A DNA stretch of 64,000 nt from Octopus bimaculoides (Eukaryota). The notes below the pieces were generated by a model. That model was not told where the DNA came from. It searched no databases and was given only the letters and a program-made list of their open reading frames with translations. Both the position numbers and the translations under genes were made by a program. Location of the stretch: the NCBI RefSeq assembly GCF_001194135.2, contig NC_068987.1, forward strand, positions 59,788,368 through 59,852,367, in the 5' to 3' direction. Below, in pieces: positions 1 to 13,630 of the stretch (positions are counted from its first letter, which is position 1; each line of letters begins with the position of its first letter).

Positions 1-59
<59 letters not shown>

Positions 60-82
60 ATGTATGCATGCATGTATGTATG
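1..82. repeat. (TG)n then (TATG)n compound microsatellite
   Basis: Directly visible tandem repeat. Confidence 0.97.
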
Positions 83-1620
83 CATTTACTATATGTACCT
101 TATCTTGACCATTTAATCTGCAATTACTAAACTACAGTACTTTAAAGGAGCCATAAAGTAACGTTTATTGCAAACAACCTACAATTTCTACCTTCGTTAG
201 CTTTAAAGAAAGCTAGTACTTATCTCCAAAACAAAAGTGAAAAAATATATATAGTGTGATATCCAATTTCCCAGAATATAATTTACTGTATTTGTCTAAG
301 ATATTCACAATAATGTGCTTGATTTGCGGAAAATAGTATGTTTAGTGAATAATTAAGAATTATATATTTCTATATATATTTTTTTACGCTTCAAGTTTTT
401 TTTATAAACTATACCACCTCGTTGTTTTTGTATTGTGTAATGATTATAAATGAAGTAAATTTGAAAAGGTGAAAATGTTACTATATATGTATGTGCGCAT
501 ATATATATACCATAATAGATATGTTACAGAGACTTTTCCATTTTAGTTTCTCCAAAATATTAGAAAAAAAAAATTCTTCACAATATTTTCTTGTGCTGTT
601 TTTAAATGGAATTGTATTTTTCGATCTGCTTCCTTAGTTTGTATTTGCCAAGTTAACAATGTGGTAATGATCTTTATTATTCATCTATGAAATAGGTTTA
701 GTTCTTTTTTGTTTTTTTGTTATCTATTTTGCTCCTATTGACGAATGTATTTTTGAAGAATATATTGTATTCAAGATGAAAGTGATACCATAATAACTGA
801 TATTGATTTATTTTGAATTGAAAGAAATTCTGCCCAAGAGTGCTATAAAGCAATATAAGAAAAATATATTCGATTCTTTTGAATAGTTAAAAAAAAATGT
901 ATTTATCGAATGTTGCAAGCTGTTATTTTATGTTTTCTCTGGAGGCATGAAGAGCAAATTAATTAAAAAAAGAAATTGAAACCGGTTTGCATACACAGGT
1001 AAAGAGCATCATTTCCTTTGATCTAAGGTAACGTATTCACTGCATCCTTTCATTTTAGGGAATTTAAGGACAATTAAACGGAGGATTGCGACCTAAGTGA
1101 CTTACCCAAGATATTAGTAGCTTAATGAAGTGAAATAGATATAACTGGAGACTAAAGTAGGTTTTTAAAAAGCTTACTTTTTAATCTCAATAATTATAAA
1201 GACAACATCTGGTTTCATTCGAGTACTTTAAGTACTAGATTTTCAAGCGAAGAGGAAAGTTTTTGAATTGGATTAAATTGATAACTTGCATACATGTTTC
1301 ATCAAACCCTGCTGAATGAGTTGTCTATCCTAACGGGATTGAAAGAAAATGCAAGACGAAATTAGTTATTCTAAGAAAGTTAGTTAGGAATTCTACCGAG
1401 GTCCATAAAATACTAGACAGGAAAACATTGTCTGACACCGAGAATTTTATCATGAACTTTGGAGGTGAATGTAGAAGCATGTTGCTTTAATGTGAGCTGA
1501 AACTCATCCATGGATTGCCAAGACAAAAGAATAAGTATTTTCATTGGATTTATGATCCCTTAATAAGTTTTATTACCTTTACTATATATTTTTTATTTTA
1601 TTTTTTTTATTCATTTTATC

Positions 1621-1853
1621 TAGTTTCAGCTCATGAGCTGTGGCCATGCTGTGGCCATATATATATATGTATATGTGTCACTGTGTTTCTTCCCATCACC
1701 GCTTGACAGCCGGTGTTGTTTTGTTTATGTGCCCCTAACTCAGTGGCTCGGCAAAAAGAAGTGATAGAGTACGTTCCAGATTTAAATGTAAGTACTGTAG
1801 TCGATTTGTTCGACTGAAAGCATTCAAAGCTCGCCTAGAAGACTGAAACAAGG
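1621..1853 (+). mobile_element. Decayed short interspersed repeat (SINE/MITE-like family)
   Basis: Shares 'cttgacagccggtgttgt..ttgttta', 'gtcgatttgttcgact' and terminal 'gactgaaacaa' with the reverse complement of 7795-7968. Confidence 0.7.
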
Positions 1854-2416
1854 AAAAAGAACAAAAGAGAGTAACATTAACATATAATTAGGTGTAAATA
1901 TACAGTATATAGGTAAGAGAAGCACAGGATGGTATTTCATTCATATCTTTCCAAGGAATTGTAATGACATGAAGAGAAAATGTTCTGATTCTGAAATAAA
2001 AACGAAATCTCCACAATACCAATTCTCACTTGTGAAAGGAATATATTGAACGAACAAAACACATAGAAGTATGTTGTGAAAAGCAGAAATTAACATTTCG
2101 AGCAAAAAATAAATCTCATATTTCCAGAAGAGGAAACTATTAAAGTAGTACGACATTACAAGACGTAGAGCTATATTTTGGGGTTTCGGGAATGAGATGA
2201 TCTTAGTTAACGTAGGTAATCTCGCTCTCAACTTTTCAGGAAACCGTAATATACATTAAGATTTTAACGTCTTTTTTTTTAATGAAAGCATAGGTTGGAG
2301 TTTGCTACAATAAACCACCACTTCTCAATATTTTGATATTCATTTTGTGAAATACTACACACTATGATATAACCCTGACACTGTTGTTCTTCTCTTAATC
2401 AGTATCATTCATGTAC

Positions 2417-2475
2417 CTATCCCCAGTTAGATCGACCAGAATATCTGTCCAACTTCTCATCAGTTTCCTATGTGC
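2417..2475 (-). CDS. Candidate internal exon, AHRKLMRSWTDILVDLTGD(R), phase 0 to 2
   Basis: Acceptor tcctttatatctttcag|, donor TAG|gtacat, open frame, 59 nt. Phase-compatible with the candidate exon at 7446-7533. Prediction from sequence only. Confidence 0.4.
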
Positions 2476-3390
2476 CTGAAAGATATAAAGGAAAATTCTG
2501 TTCTTTCCACCATGAAGAGGCTATTTTTATCCATAGAAAGAACACAAAACAACAGTCTTAATGACAAGCCTACGTACAACAGTTGGCATGCAAAATGAAA
2601 TTAAATCGATATAGCTATTAAGACAAAATGAAACAAAAAAGCATTATGTTATTATTGCAAATTCAGAAATAATCTGTTTTGGCACGGTTTACGATTTTGC
2701 TGAGCACAAAGACACTGCTTCAATGAAATCTATAACTTTATGAACGAAACATATCAAGTGAATGACCCTGTTTCAGAAGAAAATGCCCTCTAAAAATAGG
2801 CATAATTGAATACCCATCTATACACGCATATATATCGGCAGCTGGGAGTTTATACACATAAATACGTATACATACGCACACACATAAGCACAACACATAG
2901 ACATGCACACACACCACATACATATATCCATATATATGAACATACGTACACATGCATACACACATACACAAATACCTATAAACATGCACATACAAACACA
3001 CACACATAGGTATATAAACATTATAAACTTAAACACACAAGGCACTTGACGGGGAACGTATAAAGGAATATACTAAAGTGAATCAAAACAATGAAGGAGT
3101 GTGTGCGATAAAAATATATACGCTAACTAAAGCCAAACAGAAGATCTAAAGTTTCAGATTTAAACCTTCATCAAAAGATGTAAAAAATGAAAATTCACGT
3201 CTGTTTAAATTGCAGTTAAGATTTTAAATTAAGAATCGTAAAGAAGAGGGAGAAGTCAAAATAAGAGTATGACGGAAAGAGTAAAGGAGTGAGAGAGAGA
3301 GAGATAAATGTCGTATGTTGTTATATAGCAATTGTTATGGTCAGCCCGGGTTCTAACGGTGATTTGTTCTGCGTAGGTGTCAAAATACCA

Positions 3391-3780
3391 GTTGATGTTG
3401 TTGGCACTCCGTCGATTACGACGTCGAGGGTTCCAGTTGATCCTATCAGCGGAACAACCTGCTCGTGAAATTAACGTGCAAGCGGCTGAGCACTCCACAG
3501 ACATGTGTACCCTTAACGTAGTTCTCGGGGATATTCAGCGTGACACAGTGTGACAAGGCTGACCCTTTGAATTACAGGCACAACAGAAACAAGAAGTAAG
3601 AGTGAGAGAAAATTGTGGTGAAAGAGTACAGCAGGATTCGCCACCATCCCCTGCCGGAGCCTCGGGGAGCTTTAGGTGTTTTCGCTCAATAGACACTCAC
3701 AACGCCCGGTCTGGGAATCGAAACCGCGACCCTATGACTGCGAGTCCGCTGCCCTAACCACTGAGCCATTGCGCCTCCAC
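3391..3780 (-). mobile_element. tRNA-derived SINE, full length (octopus OR-like family, tentative)
   Basis: Minus-strand head GGAGGCGCAATGGCTCAGTGGTTAGGG (A box) and GGTTTCGATTCCC (B box), with a (CAA)-type tail. Near-identical copies at 45095-45483 and 47124-47483. Confidence 0.9.
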
Positions 3781-5106
3781 AAGTATAAGAATACCAGTAG
3801 AAGAAAGATAAATAAGTAAAACGAAGGGAAGGATAGGTGAGGGGAGAGTAAAAACATATACGAAACAAAAATTTAGACAAGTAAATTACGCTGTGGAGAA
3901 AATGTAGAAAGATGCAATGAGAAATGAAATATCAAATAAAGGTGGTGAATGAAAAAGAAAAGCATCGAAGAGGATGTCACGTTTCGTGTTAACCTATTAA
4001 CAAGAAGAAATGAAAGAATCCAAGAAAGGAGGAGAAAAGAAATAAGTACGATGCGAAAGTAACATATCATACTGATACGATTTTTTGTACCTTCTGAAAA
4101 CATACATTTATATGTACGCGTGCGGATAAGTATACGCGCGCATGCGCACACACACACACATACACACACACTCACACACACAGATACATACATACACAGG
4201 ACGATAGAGAGATTGATAATCACTCAGATAACCGAACAAATGTACACAGATATATTTTTAGAGAAATATTTCTCTCTCTCTGTTTCCCTCCCTCTCTCCC
4301 CATCTTCCTCGCTCTCCTTGCATATATATATATATATATATANNNNNNNNNNNNNNNNNNNNNNNNNNNNNNNNNNNNNNNNNNNNNNNNNNNNNNNNNN
4401 NNNNNNNNNNNNNNNNNNNNNNNNNNNNNNNNNNNNNNNNNNNNNNNNNNNNNNNNNNNNNNNNNNNNNNNNNNNNNNNNNNNNNNNNNNNNNNNNNNNN
4501 NNNNNNNNNNNNNNNNNNNNNNNNNNNNNNNNNNNNNNNNNNNNNNNNNNNNNNNNNNNNNNNNNNNNNNNNNNNNNNNNNNNNNNNNNNNNNNNNNNNN
4601 NNNNNNNNNNNNNNNNNNNNNNNNNNNNNNNNNNNNNNNNNNNNNNNNNNNNNNNNNNNNNNNNNNNNNNNNNNNNNNNNNNNNNNNNNNNNNNNNNNNN
4701 NNNNNNNNNNNNNNNNNNNNNNNNNNNNNNNNNNNNNNNNNNNNNNNNNNNNNNNNNNNNNNNNNNNNNNNNNNNNNNNNNNNNNNNNNNNNNNNNNNNN
4801 NNNNNNNNNNNNNNNNNNNNNNNNNNNNNNNNNNNNNNNNNNNNNNNNNNNNNNNNNNNNNNNNNNNNNNNNNNNNNNNNNNNNNNNNNNNNNNNNNNNN
4901 NNNNNNNNNNNNNNNNNNNNNNNNNNNNNNNNNNNNNNNNNNNNNNNNNNNNNNNNNNNNNNNNNNNNNNNNNNNNNNNNNNNNNNNNNNNNNNNNNNNN
5001 NNNNNNNNNNNNNNNNNNNNNNNNNNNNNNNNNNNNNNNNNNNNNNNNNNNNNNNNNNNNNNNNNNNNNNNNNNNNNNNAATACCTCGTTGAGAGATTTA
5101 ACATTG

Positions 5107-5140
<34 letters not shown>

Positions 5141-5148
<8 letters not shown>

Positions 5149-5270
5149 TTATAAGGGTAGAAATTAATATTAATCAATTAAAACCAGTGGCTTAGCATAT
5201 TTAAAAAATCCGAAGATTAAAAATTGTGTTACATACAAAATTAAGAGGAATAACCACTAAAGTGGACACC
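5141..5270 (-). repeat. Diverged copy of the terminal segment of the 23815-24449 element
   Basis: Reverse complement aligns to 24305-24449 (ccact..agtgg..cctctt..tgtatgtaa..aatcttc..gct..gccactggtttta..cccttat..ttta) and ends at a (TA)n run. Confidence 0.75.
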
Positions 5271-7445
5271 TAATATGCTAAACATAGACGTCAAATTACC
5301 ATTTGGTGCAAAGTGTTCACGTCTATTTTGTAAAACACAGCTTTGTTTAGTTAACGGAGATTTTTGTGAATTCACGTAACCAAAACAACGAATCAATGTA
5401 TCAAGGGACGTTACTCTTGGGTAGCATCTTTTGGATATTTGTCTCCTCTGGATTTGTCTTTTGGGCAAATTGTTGTGTGGTCACCTTGTTTCAATTATTT
5501 TGTTTTTGTTCTGGGCGTATATACATTTGTGTGAACACACTCACACACATATATACATATCTTACCTTACTACAATTTTAATTTTGATAATAACCCTAGA
5601 CCATAAATTATCTCCACATATTTGTATAAGTGTAAGTCATATATCTAACTGAAATCATTGTAGGTCAACACTGTGCTTATGATGCCAATTAAGAGAGAAT
5701 TATCTGTTTACAAATCTTTAATGCCACCTTTATCTTCTAAATCCCTTTTCATGAAGGAAAAACGTCCAAAGCGTTAAAACAACTTTTCTCGTCAAAGCGT
5801 TAAGCTGATACCTTATTTGTAAGACTTTGTTCCTTCTGTGTTTTCTTTTTATCATTTATTCTATTCATGCCACAGCGTAAACGCTTATGCGGACTTCTAG
5901 ATTAAAACTCGGAACTTGAACGTTGAAGTCTAGGCTAAGTCATTGCCTGAATTACTGTGAACATTATTTTACTGCTCTTTGAAATCTATTTCATCTCTTA
6001 CGATTTCCTTACCTGTTTTCTTCTTTTTCTCTCTTCCATTCGCTTTTATAAATGGTATCCTATCTTACGATTGCTTCTCGCATTCATGGTGTATTTTATA
6101 TTACATCCGTTATTTTTTTTTCTTTGCATCACTGGCTATTCCTTTTATCGGTCCTTCCATGCTTCTTGCTTTTGATAAGGGACTCACGGTTCTAACGTCA
6201 AGCTGATTTATCTTTCCTTCCAAGTGAATCTAATTAATACCTTATTTGTCAAACAGTATTAAGGGGAAAAATAATCGTTAAAAAATAACAATTTATACCA
6301 GTGGCCAACATGCGTAAAAAGCGCCCAAGGACGTTATATATATATATATATATATATATGCATATGCGTACATTTATACATGTGTATGTGTCTAGGTGGG
6401 GTATTATCAGTTCGATAGAAATATAGGTTCTCTCTCTCAATAGCATATGTAACGCAGGCGGTTCGTATGATGACCAGCTACTGATAAACACGCAAGAAAT
6501 GAAATTGTTCATACGGAGTGGATACACAAAAATGCGCATGACATTGTATAACATTCAAAAATCATTGATTCAATGAAAGTGTGTATATTGTTACCAACCA
6601 TTACAGGATTCATTAAAAGTAACTTAACAAGATGGAAAACAAATGTGTTACTAAATAAAATATTCAAATTCTAAAATTATTAATTCTAAAACTGTTATAT
6701 TCCCAGCAGATTTAATTTCACTATTTTAGTTCTGTCTAATTCCTTTTTCTATTATGTGTAGCCTCAAACATTCAGGATGTGTGGGTGGAAGCATGATCTG
6801 TCACTTGCTGTATCAAGTTATATGTCAAGTTCGAGACAGCTTGAAACCTGTTTTATACTGTAAAATGTCATAGCTAAGACTTATGGAATATGTGTCTGGA
6901 AAATGCCGCAGGACTGCATTAGAAAACGATTAGGTTGACCAAATAGGCAAGAAGTGACTTCGAAATCAGTCATAATATTTTAATGAGTTTTGTATAAATA
7001 CATCATTCAGCTATTTGGGTATCGACGAAAGTGAGTAGACTCAGCTTGGCAGAATGAAAGAACAAATTCATAAGGGATATATCCGATGGCCTAGGATGAT
7101 ACTGAAATGTAAACTCAACTCGAAAAATAAGATAAAGAAATTGATTGTTTTTACCTTTTGCTGGATGAGGTTAGGGATCCAATGGGTAAAGTATAATATA
7201 CAAAAGTTAAAAAAATAACAAGACAAGCACAGGAAAACTGTTGACAAAATTTAGACTACATCTCTCAAAAACTGACATACAACATATGTATATCTCTAGA
7301 TAGAACGGGGGGAGAGACGTCTTTTGGAACCAGGGGTCGTTTATAAATCCAGTATAATTAAACTAAATATATCCTTTCTTTTTTTGCATTAAACAGTTGC
7401 TAAACATTAAAGTAAAGGGTTGCACTCCAAACAAAAGTTTTCTAC

Positions 7446-7533
7446 CACAGATTTCTTCACAAGTTTAACAAATTCTCTTATTGAATACGCATTCACTGCA
7501 GAAATAATCGACTCAGTAACAGAAGTTATAGAT
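7446..7533 (-). CDS. Candidate internal exon, SITSVTESIISAVNAYSIREFVKLVKKSV, phase 2 to 0
   Basis: Acceptor ttgttttaaattttagtttag|, donor GTG|gtagaa (moderate), open frame, 88 nt. Confidence 0.35.
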
Positions 7534-7794
7534 CTAAACTAAAATTTAAAACAAAGCAATCGATTTGTGACAAAAGAACAATAAAAATAACAACAATAGT
7601 TATGAATAAGAACTTATAATTGTGACTTAATGCGACACATTTATGGCAGACTGGATAAACAATATGCAATTCGTATGCTTTTTCGAAAACATTGAAGTTT
7701 TAAGTGAACTGAATGACATTCAATTGTTAAACTTAGATTGTGACTCCGTTTATTCTAAGCCACTCTCGCCAAAGTTTTTCTTTTATTCTGTTAT

Positions 7795-7968
7795 TTGTTT
7801 CAGTCATTTGACTGCGGCCATGCTGGAGCACCACCTTTAGTCGAGCAAATCGACCCCCAGGACTTATTCTTTGTAAGCCTAGTACTTATTTTATCGGTCT
7901 CTCTTTCTGAACTGCTGAATGACGGGGATGTAAACACACCAGCATCGGCTGTCAACCGATATCGGAGG
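7795..7968 (-). mobile_element. Short interspersed repeat, same family as 1621-1853
   Basis: Minus strand reads ...gataaaataagtactagg...ggggtcgatttgctcgactaaaggtggtgctccagcatggccgcagtcaaatgactgaaacaa. Confidence 0.8.
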
Positions 7969-8038
7969 GAAAAACACAGACACACAAACACACACACGCA
8001 CACGCACGCACGCACACACACACAGACACGCACACACA

Positions 8039-9056
8039 TATTGTTGTATTTGGGGATGGTGATGTTGCCAGTTTAGTCAATAAAACACACGCCCTATATA
8101 TTTGGTGTTAATTTGCTTCGGCTTTATTTTATTTTTTACATTAATCGTATTTCAGCCACATTTAGCCCACAAACAAACTGTAAAGCCAGAAATATAGTTT
8201 ATAATATAAGATGTACAGAGGGACGGTGCAGTAACAAGACAACGACGTACGGAGGGTAAACAGCACGGAGCATAGGAGAGTGGGTAAATGAACATTGTAG
8301 GGAACTTAAGGAAGAGAAGAGCTCATCGGTTCTGTATCAGCATGCCGAGCAAGAACACGGGGGCTCACTCAACAACATAGATGTTAAAATCGTGTTCACA
8401 CATAGAACAGATGCAACGCTTAGACAAATTACATAAGCTACACACATAATACACGATAAGCCTAGCCTGAATAGGAAACTGGAATGGAACACTAACACAC
8501 ACCCCTAACACACCACAACATATGACAGAATAAGATCCCCATAAACTGATAACAATATGAACAAAATATAATACAATACAAATGGAATTAAATAACTATA
8601 TACGTTACCAAAATTAAATTAAATTAAATTAAATTAAATTAAATACAAAAAAAAACAATAAAAAAATAATAAATAGATATAAACATATGAACAAAATAAA
8701 TAAAAACAAATTAAACGAACGTGTATAAACAAGGGATATAGATAATGCAGGCACTCCCCCACCATGTGCACTTACTAAGCATAGACACACATAGGGGTAT
8801 ACTCATGCGCAAATAAAGACATATATAACAGGAATACAAGATACAAAATGGCTGATCGTTAGTAAGGAAAGACACACAAATGAGAAGAAGGCAAAGGACC
8901 ACTCATGAGGTCACAGAAGTGTGACGAAAGAACTCTGACCGAAATACGATTAATGTAAAAAAAATTAAAAGAGCAGCGGCAAATTAATACCAAATATATA
9001 ATGCGTGTGTTTTATTAGCTAAACTGGCAATATGACCATCCTCAAATACAACAATA
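8039..9056 (+). mobile_element. 5'-truncated Penelope-like element: GIY-YIG endonuclease remnant flanked by ~115-bp inverted repeats
   Basis: 8179-8490 translates CKARNIVYNIRCTEGRCSNKTTTYGG*TARSIGEWVNEH...LRQIT*ATHIIHDKPSLNRKLEW, matching the PLE GIY-YIG pattern. 8039-8153 is the reverse complement of 8941-9056 at roughly 85% identity by eye. Confidence 0.85.
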
Positions 9057-9138
9057 TCTGTTTCAACACACGATTTCACATCAAGAATCTTGTAAAACGA
9101 ATATATAAACGTATATATATATATATGTATGTATGTAT

Positions 9139-9300
9139 TACGGGCTTCTTTCAGTTTCTGTCTATCAAATCCACTCGCAAGACTTTGGTCGGCCCGAGGC
9201 TATAGTAGAAGACACTTCCCCAAGGTGTCACGCAGTGGGACTGAACCCAGATCCATATGGTTGGTAAGCAAGCTACTTACCACACAGCCACTCCTGCGCC
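9139..9300 (-). mobile_element. tRNA-derived SINE (second family)
   Basis: Minus-strand head GGCGCAGGAGTGGCTGTGTGGTAAG...GGGTTCAGTCCCACTGCGTGACACCTTGGGGAAGTGTCTTCTACTATAG. Copies at 13631, 29720, 36771 and 48630. Confidence 0.85.
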
Positions 9301-10381
9301 TAAATATTGTCTAAATACTGTTCACAGTGACAGTTACATGGGTAGTATAGGGCTCTGGTACATTTATTTAAAATATATTTATCTATTTGTAATAAATGCA
9401 TTCTTTTATCTGAACATATTCGAAAAAGCAACATAGTTTTTGTTCAACCTTTCGCCGGAGAAGAATATTCAACCATTATTGTAATGCTTGAGGTTTCTTT
9501 GTCAGTAAAAGGATGGGTAGACATAATATTCAGAAAAAAAAAACTTGTTATAGCTTTTTCGATCTTTTGTCAAAAACAGCTTAGCCAAAACCACACAACT
9601 CGCCTTCTAGACCGGAGATTTGCTGAGCATATAAAATCTACTTAAATATAAGAATAATATGATATGGCAGCAATATGCGGGCAAAAAGGATAATTTTATT
9701 TCACTAAAAGAAGCAATAAATATAGCTGAGTTGAGATTTTCGTGTGGGAGCCTTATAGATAGTATTTCTCTTCATAAATGTTTGAACTGTTTGTGTTGGA
9801 GGAATTCATTAGAAACAGAAAGAAACTATTATTATTATTATTTCGACTAAGCTGCCGCATTAATAATTCAAAGACATCAACCATTACTATATATATAAAT
9901 TATATAAATGAATACCTAGACCATTAAAAAAAGCCAAGTAGATTTATACCCGCGGTAAGAGGAAAAACACATCACTCAATAAGTAATGTTTTTCCAGCAA
10001 TCGTGCATTTCTTTTCTTTTTCTAGCTTATCAGCTAAGCTTAGCGTAAATGATTCCACTAAGTAAATGTGTAGAATACTATTTAAACTATAAATCGAAGC
10101 ACGTCCGTAGTCTTTCTCCCGTTATTGATAAATATCGGTTTTTCTTTGACTTTCTGTTTATTTCCAGCTAGTTTTTTTCTTTCCTCTTAAGAACCTGTGC
10201 ATGAAGTATGTTATCTGTATATTATATTATCTAGGCCGAGAAAAGATTTTGAAATTAATAACATTAATCATTGCTCAGTTTTACAAAACATAGGAAGAAC
10301 TAAATTGAACTATCAAGTAGTTGATATATTTCAGTGGATTTCAATGAACATTAGTTCGAATAGAAATGGTAAATATTCTGC

Positions 10382-10383
<2 letters not shown>

Positions 10384-10455
<72 letters not shown>

Positions 10456-10469
10456 TAATAATAATAATA
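10384..10469. repeat. (AAT)n microsatellite
   Basis: Visible tandem repeat. Confidence 0.97.
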
Positions 10470-12886
10470 GACACTCTAGAACAATACGCTGTGCAAAACC
10501 AAAAATATGATACCCTAGTTATAATAACGACTTGAACTTCTTGTCTCTTAAGGTCTCTGAGTGAGACTTGGAGTCAGCTTTTACAAATAATAAGCGAAAG
10601 CCAAACATATAATAATAATAATAGTAATAATAATAAAAGTAAAGAAGATACATATCTAACTGTCCTTTAATGCGATAGTGAATTGCGTGAACTTTCAATT
10701 CAGGCAAGAGATTTGTTTACTTTAGAGGATTAGAACGACAGATAATGGGGCCTCTATACATTTCTGCGTAAGTTTAGAAAAATTAATGAATTCACAACGA
10801 CCGAGTCACATCTTGATTATAAGGCATAACATTCTGTTACCATCCGCTCGTGCACGTTATGCGAAACGGGAACTTCACTTCATTGTTGTTACTGTGCCTG
10901 ATAAAAATAACAGCTGAGTCTCCTTTAAATCATATCCTACTGTTTAAGAAAGGCAAGGCTACATTGGATATTGTAGTCTTGAGTGCACAATATCTGAGAA
11001 AAAAAAAAAAAGAAATGGTTTCAACTTGAATGCCTTTGTTATCATTATCATCAACACCATCATCAACTCGACTATCAAGTATCCTCCTCCTCAACCTCAG
11101 CATCATCATCATCATCATAATCATCATCATCATCAACGAAAACAACAGCAAGAATAACAAGGATGTTGTCTATCACATAAACTGCTTATTGCATATATTT
11201 GGTTTATTTTGCTTAATTCTCACATTTGATCATTCTTTTCAATTGATTTCTTTGGAAACTCATTTATTGTATGCAATGTATCCAGGGTAAATTTTTTTAT
11301 AAACTCAGCCTAAAGATTCATTATTTAATTAAATCCCCGTGGAATAATGTACAATAATAATAAAGTATTTAACAATGTCAATAGTATATAACCAACAGCA
11401 AAATGTTTTCTTTATCATTTAGTTTATTTGATCATGTTTGATAATTTTTTCACTTATTTACTTCTAAAAATTGCTTTATTGTCGTTGGAAAACATTATAA
11501 AAGCGACATGTCTTTTAATTTTTTTTTAATAAAATTCTAGACACCAAAGATTTCTTTGTATAATATATTTTCATACATATTAAAGTTATTAATTTTCTGT
11601 GACAGAAAAAAAAAAATTAAAAAATAATGCGGTATTTCATATTCAAAGCTTTATAGGAAATAAATATTACATTTTAGTTTCATGCGTTTAATCCTTTGCA
11701 TGTTTTACATAATAAAGAAAACTAAAATTCATGCTATTAGGGAGAATCCAATGAGAATAATAAACATTTATTTTTTACCATATCTAACTAAATTATGGTT
11801 GTTTTTTTAATTGAAGGTAATTCACCTCATCCTTCTATGTATATAAGTGTATATATACGCGCGTGCATGCTTGTATATNNNNNNNNNNNNNNNNNNNNNN
11901 NNNNNNNNNNNNNNNNNNNNNNNNNNNNNNNNNNNNNNNNNNNNNNNNNNNNNNNNNNNNNNNNNNNNNNNNNNNNNNNNNNNNNNNNNNNNNNNNNNNN
12001 NNNNNNNNNNNNNNNNNNNNNNNNNNNNNNNNNNNNNNNNNNNNNNNNNNNNNNNNNNNNNNNNNNNNNNNNNNNNNNNNNNNNNNNNNNNNNNNNNNNN
12101 NNNNNNNNNNNNNNNNNNNNNNNNNNNNNNNNNNNNNNNNNNNNNNNNNNNNNNNNNNNNNNNNNNNNNNNNNNNNNNNNNNNNNNNNNNNNNNNNNNNN
12201 NNNNNNNNNNNNNNNNNNNNNNNNNNNNNNNNNNNNNNNNNNNNNNNNNNNNNNNNNNNNNNNNNNNNNNNNNNNNNNNNNNNNNNNNNNNNNNNNNNNN
12301 NNNNNNNNNNNNNNNNNNNNNNNNNNNNNNNNNNNNNNNNNNNNNNNNNNNNNNNNNNNNNNNNNNNNNNNNNNNNNNNNNNNNNNNNNNNNNNNNNNNN
12401 NNNNNNNNNNNNNNNNNNNNNNNNNNNNNNNNNNNNNNNNNNNNNNNNNNNNNNNNNNNNNNNNNNNNNNNNNNNNNNNNNNNNNNNNNNNNNNNNNNNN
12501 NNNNNNNNNNNNNNNNNNNNNNNNNNNNNNNNNNNNNNNNNNNNNNNNNNNNNNNNNNNNNNNNNNNNNNNNNNNNNNNNNNNNNNNNNNNNNNNNNNNN
12601 NNNNNNNNNNNNNNNNNNNNNNNNNNNNNNNNNNNNNNNNNNNNNNNNNNNNNNNNNNNNNNNNNNNNNNNNNNNNNNNNNNNNNNNNNNNNNNNNNNNN
12701 NNNNNNNNNNNNNNNNNNNNNNNNNNNNNNNNNNNNNNNNNNNNNNNNNNNNNNNNNNNNNNNNNNNNNNNNNNNNNNNNNNNNNNNNNNNNNNNNNNNN
12801 NNNNNNNNNNNNNTATATATATATATATGAGGGGATGATCATATTTTTGCCAAACGTGCACTATATACTTGGTCTTGACATCAGCT

Positions 12887-13065
<179 letters not shown>

Positions 13066-13096
13066 GTCTAATCTGTTGTGTGTATATGAAAATAGC

Positions 13097-13127
<31 letters not shown>

Positions 13128-13202
13128 TTACAAGATAGAAATATTTGCTCCAAAACACGACTTCACAACAGGAATCTTGCAAAACAAATGTATACACGTA
13201 AC

Positions 13203-13238
<36 letters not shown>

Positions 13239-13286
13239 AACTGTGTATATGTGTGCGTATGCATATTTATATGTGTGTGTGCACGT

Positions 13287-13332
<46 letters not shown>

Positions 13333-13630
13333 GCTTAATGAATAATTAATAGCAACAGAAGCAGATTTAATACCATAAGGTAATGGTTATCTCCCACTTC
13401 AAGTGGATGTTGTGTTAGAACACTGAATATCGTGAGGGTTACCATGAGAAAACCTCTCATATGAGCTTGTGGGGCATAAAACATTCGTGTTTATGTCGCT
13501 GAAAGGCGATATCCGTTCGCTACACGCCGGAACTGCCAAATCCTGTGATTTCATCTTTCCTCGGTCTTCTCAATGACAGACATCTAGCAGCTGGTTTCCT
13601 TGTCGGCGATAAATATATATGCAACGGAAT

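Noticed and set aside
1941-2231. Hydrophobic 96-aa minus-strand ORF
   Set aside because: Hydrophobicity follows from T-rich composition; no motif or splice support.
3700-3780. tRNA-like sequences here and at 47124, 9230-9300 and 61080-61160
   Set aside because: They are SINE heads with A and B boxes joined to SINE bodies and lack a complete cloverleaf.
4120-5177. Long ORFs of 290-450 aa here and at 11795-13197, 13659-14227, 15166-16270 and 49779-50952
   Set aside because: They consist of N-gaps translated as X plus microsatellites and are not coding evidence.
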